Shown here piece by piece: positions 1-10,878 of a stretch of 64,000 bases of DNA (position 1 is the stretch's first letter; each line of letters begins with the position of its first letter). The notes beneath the pieces were generated by a model. It had not been told where the DNA came from and searched no databases. It saw only the letters and a program-made list of their open reading frames with translations. The translations under genes were made by a program, and so were the position numbers. Origin of the DNA: an uncultured Acidimicrobiia bacterium (GTDB lineage: Bacteria; Acidobacteriota; Terriglobia; Versatilivoradales; Versatilivoraceae); contig CAWBAT010000005.1 in assembly GCA_963786955.1 (NCBI GenBank), positions 672,001 to 736,000 of the forward strand. Direction: 5' to 3'.

Positions 1-140
1 CGCCAGAAAACGGCAAAGCTTGTACCCTTTGTCTACTGACGGGTAGTAGAATTCCTAGGACTAAGCATTTCGAGAAAGTCGGGTCAGGATTTTGCCCCAA
101 CAGGCGTCAACAAAAATCTTGGGATAGAAATCACACTCAT

Positions 141-942
141 ATGGATTCTTTCAAAGGCAATGCAATCTCATGGGGTTTGACAGAAGGCGTCGTGGAACTG
201 GTCCTTCATCGCGAACCTTGTAATGAAATAGGCTCGGTGACACTGGCCGAGTTGGAACGTTTTGCCGATGCCCTCGAGAATTCTGGTCAGAAGCCCAGGC
301 CCTGATTCTCTATAGCCGACTGGCTTCAGGGTTTTGCGCCGGAGCAGACTTGCGTGAGCTTTTCCGAGGAATTCAGCCGCTGAAAGCCGAGGATCGTTCA
401 AACCGCGTGCGCGATTTTCTACTGCGGATTCATCGTGTTTTTAATGTGATCGACAGTGCGCCGATCACGACGATCGCGGCGGTTCACGGAGTGGTTTTTG
501 GAGGCGGATTCGAGCTGGCCTTAACCTGCGATATGATCGTGGCAGACCGGACAGGCCGTTTTTGCTTCCCGGAGTTGCGATTGGGTCTCGTACCCGGATT
601 TGGGGGGATTCCCCGAATGAAGCGGGATATTGGTAACGGCTTGGTGAGGGATCTTCTGCTGACGGGCCGGAGCATTAACGCGAATAAGGCATCCGCCGCA
701 GGTTTGGTCAGTCAGGTCGTTGCTCCAGGAGAAGCCTTTCGGGTCGCGCGATCCGTCGCTTTGCAAGCAACCAAATTCGATCGCCGGGCAGCCCAAGTCG
801 CTAAGGAATTCATCAAGCCGATTCCATACGCAGAGTTGCAGGAAGAAATCCGACTCTTTTGTGAACTGATGGGTCGGCCGGCCGTCGAAGAGGCATTCGC
901 AAGTTTATTGAAAGCACTGACGCACAACCGTATCTCCCATAA
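141..942 (+). CDS. Enoyl-CoA hydratase/isomerase (crotonase) family protein, two apparent frameshifts (~295, ~897)
   Basis: ATG 141 MDSFKG..HREPCNEIG joins FCAGADLREL; GGGFELAL and PELRLGLVPGFGG crotonase motifs; alternative frame ends ..DAQPYLP* at 942. Confidence 0.85.
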
Positions 943-975
943 ATATCGAAAATATTACAAGGATCGATTCCCTTT

Positions 976-1219
976 ATGCCTCATCTCGAGCAAACCCTTG
1001 CATGATTTGTTAAAGTTGGCCTCCGAGCATTTCCAGGTCCCCGTCAGCGAACTCAACCCCGACGAAGATTTTTTCAAGAAACTCAAGATCAATAGTCTCC
1101 AAGCCCTAGACCTATTGACCAAATTAGAACACCACTTTAACGTGGAACTCCCTGACTATGAATTGCAGGGCGTAACAGATTTCAGAACCCTGGCGGAAAA
1201 AATCCAAGCGCGACTGTGA
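976..1219 (+). CDS. Acyl carrier protein (frameshift near start; fused to the previous gene in the ORF track)
   Basis: EDFFKKLKINSLQALDLLTKLEHHFNVELPD matches the ACP (D/N)SL phosphopantetheine helix pattern; ATG at 976. Confidence 0.8.
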
Positions 1220-2942
1220 AACACACGGCCCCCGATTTATCTCCGTTCGCTTCTCTGGGCGAGGCCCTGCACATGGCTGCGCAGAAGTGGGACCACCACT
1301 TGGCTCTCATTGAAGCCGACCGTGAGCGCGAGAACTGCCGCCTGACCTACTCCCAATTTGAACAAGCCGCCCTTCCTATTGTTCAGGCCCTTCAAGAAGC
1401 CGGATTTGAATCCGAGCATCGAGCAGCGATAATCATGTCCAATCAGTCCAAATGGTTGATTGCCGCCTATAGCCTTTTTTATGCTGGGGGCGTGCTGGTC
1501 CCCCTGGATTTCAAGTTGACACCTGCGGAACATTTGCAACTTCTGGCCCACGCCTCGGTAAGGTATTGATCGTGGAATTTCCTTTCTGGCTGGCAATAAC
1601 TCAGACTCCGGCCTATAAGGAATTCGCCCTGTCCCCTAGTCCTCGTGACCGAGGCCCCCAAGACTGTGAAATTAGTGGGTGCACAGCGTTGGGAAGAGCG
1701 CACTCTTGCCGGAGCAAAGCCCCGCTTCGTACCAAGAACACGGCAAGACCTGGCCGGTATCGTCTACTCCTCGGGTACGGGTGGGCAACCCAAAGGATGC
1801 ATGTTGACTCACGACAATTATTTGGAGCAGTGCCAGTCATTGATGACCTGGTATCCGTTTTGGCCCGGAGTTCGTTATCTCAGCATCCTTCCAACAAACC
1901 ATGCCATTGATTTCATGGTCGGATTTCTTGGACCTTTTTTTTGCGGAGCCACGGTTGTTCATCTCCGAACATTACGTCCCGAGTATCTCAAGGAGGCATT
2001 CCCACGCTATCGAATCACTTACGCCAGTGTTGTCCCCATGGTGTTAAAAGCCTTCGAATCGGGTTTGAAGAACAAGTTCAAAGAATTCCCACCAAGCCGG
2101 CAATGGGTTCTCAGTTGTCTGATGCGCATCAACCGATGGTTAACGCGTAACCGCCCACGACCGTGGATCAGCCGGCGGTTACTGCCCAATATTCATCAAG
2201 CCTTCGGCGGTGAACTGTTAGCCCTGATTACTGGGGGCGCCTTCGCAGAGCCTTCGACTTTGCAGTTTTTTTATGATCTCGGCATTCCCGTCGCCAACGG
2301 ATACGGGTTGACGGAGGCCGGAACTGCTGTCACTGTCAACGATTTGAAACCCTTTCGAGCGGACACGGTGGGAAAGCCGTTGCCCGGGAGTTGAATTGAA
2401 GATTCTCGATGCGGATGCAGATGGGGTCGGACAAGTTGCGGTGCGAAGCAAGACTGTCATGAGAGGCTACTTGAATGATCCTGAAATGACTGCTGAAGTG
2501 CTTGTCAAGGGGTGGTTGTTGACCGGCGACCTCGGACGAGTGGATGCAACCGGCCATCTCCTGCTGTTTGGGCGTTTGAAGAATATGATTGTGACCGAAG
2601 GGAGGGAAAAACATATACCCCGAGGATATTGAGTCTGCGTTTCAAGGCTTACCCGTTAAAGAGTTTTGCGTCTTTGCGGTCAATTATGTCTGGAAAAAAC
2701 AGACCTTGGTCGGAGAACAGCTGATGCTCGTCGTTCAACTGGAACCAGGAGATGAGCTAACTCCAGCCTTGATCGAGGAGCTGCAGACTCGCAACCTTCG
2801 GCTGGCAGATTTCAAGCGGGTTTCAGGCTATCTTCTTTATGACGAAGATTTCCCGCGTACCGCTTCCCTGAAAATTAAGCGCAGGATTCTGGCTGAACGG
2901 ATAGCCACAAAGCTGAACCGGACTGATGTGAGAACGCTATGA
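1216..2942 (+). CDS. AMP-dependent acyl-CoA/acyl-ACP synthetase (several frameshifts)
   Basis: [26 protein letters not shown] and [10 protein letters not shown] adenylation motifs spread over ORFs 1216, 1645, 2396 and 2706. Confidence 0.85.
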
Positions 2943-2955
2943 TAATTCGTGCGTT

Positions 2956-3855
2956 ATGAAACGTTACCTGGCTATCGTGAACCCTGCCGCCGGAGGAGGA
3001 CGCTGCGGCAAGCTGGCATCCGAGACACTCGGGACAAATACGTGCGGGCGGGGTGGCGGTTGAAGTAGCTGGGACCCAACGCGCCGGAGATGCGACCGCC
3101 TTGGCAAGGGAAGGCTACGAACGGGGCTTCCGTCACTTCCTTGCCGTGGGAGGAGACGGGACAAGCTTCGAGATCGTGAACGGGTTGTTCCCGCGCGAGA
3201 ACCAGACGGACAGGGTCGCGTTGGGATTTCTCCCCTTGGGGACCGGAAATTCCTTTCTCCGCGACTTCGCCGAAGCGGGTTTACCACACGCTATAGAGGC
3301 CATAATCAAGCAAAAAATAGACCGTGCGATGTCCTTTGTCTCAAACACGGGGGAGGCCAATTGCATTACATCAATCTTGTGAGCTTCGGATTCACGGCTG
3401 AGGCAGGCACTTTGACAAACAGCCGGTTCAAGCCGTTGGGGGAGGTTGGCTACTTATTGGCCACTTTAATCTGCTGGATGAAACTCCATTACCCTACCTT
3501 TCCACTGCGCGTGGATGATGCCTCGGAGATTGATCACCGGCCTTGCACCTATTTAACCTTTTCAAATAGCCGCTATACCGGGGGGAAATTCATGATTGCT
3601 CCCTTCGCAAACACGGCAGACGGGTTGATTGAGCTGACACGAGTCGGAACCTTAAAGCGATTAGATTTTGCTCGGACTTTTCCCAAAATATTTTCCGGAA
3701 CTCACATGAGTCATCCGCTGATCTCACATGTGGGCGCCCACCGGGTCGATTTCCAAATTTCGCAGCCGATCGATGTCATGATTGACGGTGAAGTGGTGGC
3801 TTGCTTACCGGAGTCTATTGTCGTCTTGCCGCAAGCTCTCGATGTGATGGTATGA
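2956..3855 (+). CDS. Diacylglycerol/sphingosine kinase family lipid kinase (frameshifted)
   Basis: [24 protein letters not shown] and IDGE motifs. Confidence 0.85.
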
Positions 3856-4649
3856 AGCAATTTTATCTGATCATCCGCAGTGTTTTTCTCTGGATTCTCA
3901 GTGCCATTCATTTTTTTACTGTTTGTACCGGCTTGGTCATTCTGGGTATTTTCTTCGACCCTCGCACCAATGATTGGCCTCAACGATGGTTCTTTCGGAA
4001 TATCCTCCGCGTGGCTGGCGTGGGATTTCAAGTGAAGCGCTCACCCGGTTTCGACCCTCAACGCACGAGCATTTTTGTTTGCAACCACATTAATATTTTT
4101 GACGCATTCGTAATCTATTCGGCGATTCCGCAATTCGTTCGAGGTCTAGAACTGGAGTCTCACTTCAAGATCCCGGCCTATGGATGGATGATGAAACGAT
4201 TTGGGAATATACCTGTAACGAAAGCTGGAGGGCCCTCACAATTCAAGAAAACTCTGGAACACGTTAGGTCTCATATTGCGAACGGCATCAGCGTCATTAT
4301 CTTTGCCGAAGGAACAAGAACACGGGATGGACGGGTTGGCCCGTTCCAGAAAGGTGGCTTTGTTATGGCCCACCACATTGGCGCGCCGATCGTTCCCATG
4401 AGCATCTGTGGGTCATTTGAATTCAACCGCAAGGGCAGCTGGATGCTACACCCCTCCACAATCAACGTCTATCTGCACGACACGATCGAGACAACAGGGA
4501 TCAAGAAAGAAGAATTAAACGAATTGGTAAAAGAGGTTCACCGAATTGTCTCTGAACCGGTCGATGCCTCTTTGAAAGTCCAGTCCGGCGCCCATCGATC
4601 AAACAAAGAGAACACGACAGGGGGACACAACTACAACTTAAGCGCTTGA
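3852..4649 (+). CDS. 1-acyl-sn-glycerol-3-phosphate acyltransferase (PlsC/LPLAT family)
   Basis: NHINIFD (HX4D) and FAEGTRT motifs; ATG overlaps the upstream stop. Confidence 0.9.
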   Translation: MKQFYLIIRSVFLWILSAIHFFTVCTGLVILGIFFDPRTNDWPQRWFFRNILRVAGVGFQVKRSPGFDPQRTSIFVCNHINIFDAFVIYSAIPQFVRGLELESHFKIPAYGWMMKRFGNIPVTKAGGPSQFKKTLEHVRSHIANGISVIIFAEGTRTRDGRVGPFQKGGFVMAHHIGAPIVPMSICGSFEFNRKGSWMLHPSTINVYLHDTIETTGIKKEELNELVKEVHRIVSEPVDASLKVQSGAHRSNKENTTGGHNYNLSA

Positions 4650-5070
4650 GACCGCTCAAGAGGGTTGGAATCGTTCTTCGAGCGGTAATTCACTGGTCAC
4701 AGTTCTTCTCTCCTCTAATCCGCATGTAGATTCAATTCACTCCGGCACTATCGTATTAGTCCCACGCGGCCTCCTTGTGATGCAGGCGTCCCACCTGCAG
4801 CTCGCGATTGGACATTTCGGGAGAGGATAGGGCGCGACCGCTGGGGCGGCGCGCCGCGGACGGCCTATGAGTTCAGCCCGCGGCCAGGAGGTTCTGTCGG
4901 CGCGCGGTCACTGTTGTGCTCCTCAGTTGTGGGTCGCGAATCTATCGGTCTCTTCACTTCGCCTGCTCAAAGTCTGTCTACTGCATAGTCTCGCCCACAA
5001 TACGGTCATCCGCGTGAGACAGTCAGGTGCATTGAAAATGCCGTCGTCGATCTTTGGCTCCACTCACCTG

Positions 5071-6261
5071 TCAGAAAAGAATCTTGATCACCCGCGTGAC
5101 CAACTCCTCAAGCGAAAAGACCGTCAGAGCCAACGGCAGAAGAGGCGCGGCGGTCACGGCGGCGAGTCTTGCGATGTCCTTAAGTCCGAAGGGCACGAGG
5201 CGCATCTCTTCAACAATCGAATAACTGTTTCCGAGATCGGCCAGCGACTGAATGTCGCCAGTGCCCAGAAGTTCATCGCCTTGTGCCGCGTTCCCCCGAA
5301 CCCACTTGTCCTCAAATCCCTGGACGTAGCGGTTAGCGAGCAGTCCGTATGCGTCCAATCCCCTCTGTTTCGCCCGCGCGAGCTGCGGCGTAAACATGAC
5401 GAGTGGGCCGAGAAGGAACAGAACGAAGAAACCCACCAAGCTCACGGCTTCCATCTTGAAGGACAGCAAGCTCTCACCCTCGTACAGGATCCGACTGGCG
5501 ATCATACCCGCCAGCAACAGGCCTTGGGCGAAAAGGATCGGTCCGAAGGCGTAGGTGCTCTTACCCAGGAAGGCTAGTCCGCCGGCTCGGTCCGGGTGGG
5601 TGGAGATGAGGCACAAGTTCAGCCTCGAGACCTGCCACAGGAACCGAAACCAGATAAGGAGCCGCAGATACCAGCGGAGCAAGATGAACTGAAAAATTGG
5701 AATACTGACGAAGGCATACCAGTACCCGGCAGGCGTGAGATGCAAATGGGTGCCTTGCGGCATCGCATACCAGGTTGCTGCACCGATGGCAATCTGGCTC
5801 CGCCAGAGCCATTGCCCGACCGTCCAGACTAGAATCACCAGCGCCACTTCCATGGGGGCCGAGTTGCGCACACGCTCGGCCGAGTGAATGGCGGCGTGGA
5901 ATTTCGGCAGATCTTCGGAGACGACAATGTCCCGCTCCACGAACCGTGACACCACGGGGCGGACGCGCAAATGGACGATCAGCTCGGCGGCAATCAGCAC
6001 CGGTAACGCGACCAGGAATCGAACCTGCACCTCGATGTCGTGTAAAAATGGGACCTTGATGGCTCCGCCCAGCGCATGCCCGCCAATCAGCGACAATACC
6101 AATAGCGGGAGCCACGCGAAAAGCGAGATAAACAGAATTCGGCGGTGGAGCAACTCCAGTGCGTCTCCGGACACATGTGTCCGCCGGAACAGTTGATACA
6201 GAGGACCGCCCAAGCATAGCGAAAAGTCAGGCGATTCTTGGAGAGGCGTGGTTTTGTTCAT
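5071..6261 (-). CDS. Conserved hypothetical integral membrane protein
   Basis: 396-aa ORF with multiple hydrophobic helices; HPDRAGGLAFLG and DIQSLADL segments. Confidence 0.7.
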   Translation of the reverse strand: MNKTTPLQESPDFSLCLGGPLYQLFRRTHVSGDALELLHRRILFISLFAWLPLLVLSLIGGHALGGAIKVPFLHDIEVQVRFLVALPVLIAAELIVHLRVRPVVSRFVERDIVVSEDLPKFHAAIHSAERVRNSAPMEVALVILVWTVGQWLWRSQIAIGAATWYAMPQGTHLHLTPAGYWYAFVSIPIFQFILLRWYLRLLIWFRFLWQVSRLNLCLISTHPDRAGGLAFLGKSTYAFGPILFAQGLLLAGMIASRILYEGESLLSFKMEAVSLVGFFVLFLLGPLVMFTPQLARAKQRGLDAYGLLANRYVQGFEDKWVRGNAAQGDELLGTGDIQSLADLGNSYSIVEEMRLVPFGLKDIARLAAVTAAPLLPLALTVFSLEELVTRVIKILF

Positions 6262-6523
6262 GGTGCAGGATCCTTAGAACTCAAGCCCCGGCCGCAGCAG
6301 GGTGCCTTGCGCGGTGGTCTTCCCAGATAAAAATCATGTCATTCTTTGCTTGCTGAGCGGTACTGGTGTCCCAACACCCCACTGGCGGGCGGCCAACTTC
6401 AGCGCCAGTCCAGAGACCAGCGCGGCGGCGAGGTTGGTTTTCGTTTTCATGGTCGTGTCCTTTCTTTGTTTATCGGTTGCCGCGCCCGCCGCCTTGCGAC
6501 GGCGGGCGCAGTTCTTATTACAC

Positions 6524-8935
6524 TTACTGTGCGGCGGCGATGGTGGCTTTGCCTTCTTCAAGTTTCTGCTGGTCCTGCGCCGTCAATGGCACGGGTTTCA
6601 AGTAAACCGTCACCTTCTTGAGCTCGCCGGTGAACTTGAACGGGACGTGGTAATCCTCGGTGACGGGTGTGCCGGTGTCCTCGCCGCAATCGAGCGTCTC
6701 GTCGAGCGAGAGGCGGAAGGCCAGTGTACGTTCGATGCGGCCGGTGGCCACGGTCTTGCCGTCCACCTGGATCGTGCCGACGCCGCCTTTGCCGAGGCCA
6801 CCGCCATCGTATTTGAAGTCGTAAACGATGGTGTGCGCGCCTGGCGCAAGCTTGTCCTTACCGGTGACAAGGTAGTGGGCGACACCGGCGAGGTTGTAGC
6901 AGAAGACCGGCTTGCCTTTGAGCAGGTAAAGTCCCCACCCGGAGAAACGTCCACCATGCGTGAGCAACATGCCTTCCGCGCCGCCCTTGGGGATGTCCAC
7001 CTCGGCTTTGATCTGCCAGGACTTGTTCTTCGTGTCCGGCGCTGCGCCCTCGGGGATGCGCACGAGGCCGGGGTAGTAGGTGAACTCGTCCCGCCCGCGC
7101 GTCAGGCTGGGCCGGATGTTCACATCGAAGCGGTTAATCCTGCTGTTCTCGATCGGCAGCACATTGTATTTCTCGGCTTCCTTCCAGAAGAGGTCCTGCA
7201 GCTCCTTGAGCTTGGCGGGCTCTTTGGTCGCGAGGTTGTTCGCTTCGGAGAAATCCTCGCTGACGTTGTAGAGTTCCCACTTGTAGTCAAGGACGGAAGG
7301 CAATCGCCCTTCGATCTCGGCCGCCGAGTCCCACGGCGCAACCCCCGGCGTCGTGCAGGCGACCCAGCCATCGTGATAGATGCCCTGGTTGCCAAACATC
7401 TCGAAATACTGCGTCGTGTGTTTCGACGGCGCTTTTGCGTCATCGAACGTATAAACGAGGCTCGCGCCTTCAATGGGTTTCTGCGCCACACCGTTGATGC
7501 TCGTCGGCGCGGGCACACCGGCGGCTTCGAGCAACGTGGGCATGATGTCAATCACCGAGCAGAACTGCGAACGGATGCCGCCCACGTCCTTGATGCGCGC
7601 CGGCCAGGAGATGACCATGCCGTTGCGCGTGCCGCCGAAGTGCGAGGCGATCTGCTTGCACCATTGGAACGGCGTGTCCATCGCGTGCGCCCAACCGACC
7701 GGGTAGTGGTTGAAGGTGTTCGGCCCGCCGAGTTCGTTCATGCGGCGCAGGACTTCCTTCATGTCTTCGGGGATGCCGTTGAACACCGTCATCTCGTTGA
7801 GCAGGCCTTGCATACCGCCTTCGCCGCTCGCGCCGTTATCGCCCTGGATGTAGATGACGAGCGTGTTGTCCAGTTCACCCTGCGCTTCGATGGTATCGAG
7901 GATGCGGCCCATCTCGGTGTCGGCGTGTGAGAGCGCCGCGGCATAGACTTCCATCATGTGGGCAAAAACTTTCTTCTGGTCGGCGTTCAAGCTGTCCCAC
8001 GCAGGAATGCCAGCGGAACGCTCCGTCAACTTCGTATTCGCCGGGATGATGCCCGCCGCCTTCTGCCGCGCGAAAGTTTCCTCCCGCACCTTGTCCCAGC
8101 CTTGATCGAACTTTCCCTTGAACTTCGCGATCCAATCCGGCGGTGCGTGATGCGGCGCATGGGCCGTGCCCGTCGCGTAGTAGGCGAGGAAGGGCTTGCC
8201 CGGCGCGGTCGCGTGCTGCATCCGAATCCAGTCAATGCAATGGTCGGCCATGTCATTGTCGAAGAAGTAATTCTTCGCGTCATGCGGCGGCTCGATGGGT
8301 TTCGTGCCCTCGAAGAGCGCCGGATTCCACTGACTCGTGTCGCCGCCGATGAAGCCGTAGAAGTATTCAAACCCCAGCCCGGTGGGCCACAGGTCGAACG
8401 GCCCCGCCTGGCTGGTCATCCAGTCGGGGACGTTGTGGTTCTTGCCATACCAGGACGTGTTGTAGCCGTTCTGCTTCAGAATCTCGGCGAACGTCCCGTC
8501 GCTCTTCGACATCAGGGAGTTGTAGCCGGGGAAGCCAGTGGCCAGTTCCATGATGACGCCGGTGTTGGCGCTGTGATGATTGCGTCCGCTGAGCAGTGCG
8601 GCGCGCGTGGGCGAGCAAAGCGCCGTGGTGTGGAATTGATTGTAGCGAAGTCCGTTTTTGGCCAGGCGATCCATCGTCGGCGTGGGAATCGGCCCGCCAA
8701 ACGTGGATGACGCCCCGAAGCCCACATCATCGGTGAGGATGACGAGAATGTTCGGCGCGCCTTTCGGTGCTGCGACACCCTTGGGGAAATCCGGCGTGGA
8801 CTCCTTGGGCGTGCGGCCAATCTTGCCGCCGAAGGGTTGTTCGGGTCGGGGCAGGACTTGTTGCGCCCTTGCCGGTAGCGCATAGGCTGTGGCCAGCACA
8901 AGGATCAGAACGGCGAGCATGGTTTTGGTTTTCAT
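6524..8935 (-). CDS. Secreted arylsulfatase (Cys-type, long form)
   Basis: Signal peptide, [17 protein letters not shown] (CxPxR) motif, GKNHN. Confidence 0.95.
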   Translation of the reverse strand: MKTKTMLAVLILVLATAYALPARAQQVLPRPEQPFGGKIGRTPKESTPDFPKGVAAPKGAPNILVILTDDVGFGASSTFGGPIPTPTMDRLAKNGLRYNQFHTTALCSPTRAALLSGRNHHSANTGVIMELATGFPGYNSLMSKSDGTFAEILKQNGYNTSWYGKNHNVPDWMTSQAGPFDLWPTGLGFEYFYGFIGGDTSQWNPALFEGTKPIEPPHDAKNYFFDNDMADHCIDWIRMQHATAPGKPFLAYYATGTAHAPHHAPPDWIAKFKGKFDQGWDKVREETFARQKAAGIIPANTKLTERSAGIPAWDSLNADQKKVFAHMMEVYAAALSHADTEMGRILDTIEAQGELDNTLVIYIQGDNGASGEGGMQGLLNEMTVFNGIPEDMKEVLRRMNELGGPNTFNHYPVGWAHAMDTPFQWCKQIASHFGGTRNGMVISWPARIKDVGGIRSQFCSVIDIMPTLLEAAGVPAPTSINGVAQKPIEGASLVYTFDDAKAPSKHTTQYFEMFGNQGIYHDGWVACTTPGVAPWDSAAEIEGRLPSVLDYKWELYNVSEDFSEANNLATKEPAKLKELQDLFWKEAEKYNVLPIENSRINRFDVNIRPSLTRGRDEFTYYPGLVRIPEGAAPDTKNKSWQIKAEVDIPKGGAEGMLLTHGGRFSGWGLYLLKGKPVFCYNLAGVAHYLVTGKDKLAPGAHTIVYDFKYDGGGLGKGGVGTIQVDGKTVATGRIERTLAFRLSLDETLDCGEDTGTPVTEDYHVPFKFTGELKKVTVYLKPVPLTAQDQQKLEEGKATIAAAQ

Positions 8936-9107
8936 GGTTGTTTTCCTTTCATTGGTTGCTTGGTTGACCCGCGGCAGCGTCAGCGAGCACGGCGGCGAGG
9001 AATTGGGGAGTTTTCATTTTCATAGTTTTGTTCTTTCTTTGGTTGATTGGTTCGCTGGTTAACGCGCGAGCCGTCCACTCGGACAGCCCGCGTGTTTCAC
9101 AATCGAA

Positions 9108-10742
9108 TCATTTCAGTTTCAGTTGCTGGAGCTTCTTCGCCGCCGTACCGAACTGACCAAGCTGATAGACCGCTGCGCCCGCCGGTGAAAAGGTGAACGC
9201 CACAAACGGTTCGGCCAGCATTCCATCCAAGTATTCTTTGCTGGCGACGCCAGTGCTGACATGCGGATTGAAATTCTCGCCGGTGCCCTTCGGCACAAAC
9301 ACGGAAACGTATTTGATCAGGAACGGATCAATGACCGGATCTTCGGGCGTAGTGACGAACGCGGACGAGTCGCCGGTTTCCACCGTGAACGGAGCAACGG
9401 CGGCGATGATGTCCGCCTGGAGTTTAAGTAATTCCGGGGTCGGCTTCGCGCAGATGCCCGCAAGGCCGATGGGACCGCTTGCGACGTAGTAGTATTTGAA
9501 GGCTTCCAGCTTCATCGCGGTCACGTTGGCTTTGGCGATGACTCTTCCAGCAGCGTCATAGACCTTGTCGAGGTCGGCGGTGCGGACGTAGCGCTGGATC
9601 AGCGTGATGTGCGGACGGTGCGTCGCATCCAGTGAAAAGCCTTTCGGGTAAACCTTCAGCAGGCGGGCGTTGTTCACTTCGCTTTCCTTGAGCATCGTGG
9701 CGTCCGGCTCCAGCAAGATGTCAATGGCCGTGCCAGCGGCTTCCTCGGCAGGGAAGACTGATTTCCAATCGTTCTTCATATTCACGACCACCCAGCCGTT
9801 CGCAGCGGCGGCCTTCAACGAGGCGTTGTCCGGCTCGGCGTAAGCGAACTCGCGCGCGGCATCGTCATGGTTGACCATCAGTTGGAGCGTCGCGCCGGGG
9901 CGGCTCTGACAGTAGCGCAGCATGGCGATGTCGCCGCCGGAGAAGACGTTCCCGGCCGACAGTATCGGCTTGCGACCGATGTGCTGATTGATGCCAACGG
10001 GCTTGCCCTCTTTGTCATCGATGAAATTCAGCTCCGGCAGACGCAAGAGCACCGGCTGGCCGTCGCGGATTTCAAACCTCGTTTTGATACTGCTGCCGAC
10101 GACCTGCTCGGGCGGGATCTCATAGACCTTTTCCGTCCACGGGCGCATGAACTCGATGCCACCGCCGGAGACGATGTAGTTCTTGAAACCGTTGGCGCGC
10201 AGGTAGGCGAGCACTTCGAGCATGGGCTGATAGACCATCTCAGTGTAAGGCCGCCCGGTCGTCGGATGCTTCGCCGTACCGATCCAATCCTTCACCATCT
10301 TCTCAAACTCCACGGTGGTCATGCCTGCATGCGTGGCCATGATGATTTCGAGCAAGGCGTGTTCTCCGCCCGCCATCGAGCCTTTCACGTCACCCTTGAG
10401 CAACGAGGCGAACGGTTCCGTCGTCTTCCATTCCGGGTGCTGCGGCGCGAGCGCCTTCACGCCGTCAAGCGCGAAGTATAATTGGACGGGCACCGGCTTC
10501 TCACACCAGAGCGTGCCGTCGTTGTCGAACGTGGCGATGCGTTCCGGTACCGGCACGAAATCCGGCGAACCGGGTTTGGTGACCTTGGCGACAAATGCGA
10601 CGATGGATTTCTTGGCCGCGCCGTCGTTCCACGAGGGAAGCGGGTCGCTTTGCGCTCGTGCTGTACCAACTGCGCCGCCGACAAGTAACGTCGCGAAGGC
10701 AACAGCAAGTATGAAGCTGAAGGCAGCTTTGTTCGTTCTCAT
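9108..10742 (-). CDS. Secreted HAD-family hydrolase fused to a C-terminal 2H-phosphoesterase-like domain
   Basis: FDNDGTLW (DxDGT) and IVSGGG; C-terminal PHITL and PHVST (HxT/HxS) motifs. Confidence 0.8.
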   Translation of the reverse strand: MRTNKAAFSFILAVAFATLLVGGAVGTARAQSDPLPSWNDGAAKKSIVAFVAKVTKPGSPDFVPVPERIATFDNDGTLWCEKPVPVQLYFALDGVKALAPQHPEWKTTEPFASLLKGDVKGSMAGGEHALLEIIMATHAGMTTVEFEKMVKDWIGTAKHPTTGRPYTEMVYQPMLEVLAYLRANGFKNYIVSGGGIEFMRPWTEKVYEIPPEQVVGSSIKTRFEIRDGQPVLLRLPELNFIDDKEGKPVGINQHIGRKPILSAGNVFSGGDIAMLRYCQSRPGATLQLMVNHDDAAREFAYAEPDNASLKAAAANGWVVVNMKNDWKSVFPAEEAAGTAIDILLEPDATMLKESEVNNARLLKVYPKGFSLDATHRPHITLIQRYVRTADLDKVYDAAGRVIAKANVTAMKLEAFKYYYVASGPIGLAGICAKPTPELLKLQADIIAAVAPFTVETGDSSAFVTTPEDPVIDPFLIKYVSVFVPKGTGENFNPHVSTGVASKEYLDGMLAEPFVAFTFSPAGAAVYQLGQFGTAAKKLQQLKLK

Positions 10743-10878
10743 GTTGCTTCCTCCTGATCATATGAACCGCAGGGCATAGTCCTTGCTGCGCCGTATGCCT
10801 TACCGTCACCCACTACCATGAGGTGGTTTTTTCGCCGCGGGCAGCCCTTGCGGACCGCCCGCCATGTATGCGTCCGTG

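Noticed and set aside
350-1219. Crotonase-ACP fusion protein
   Set aside because: Artefact of frameshifts; a separate stop (942) and ATG (976) exist.
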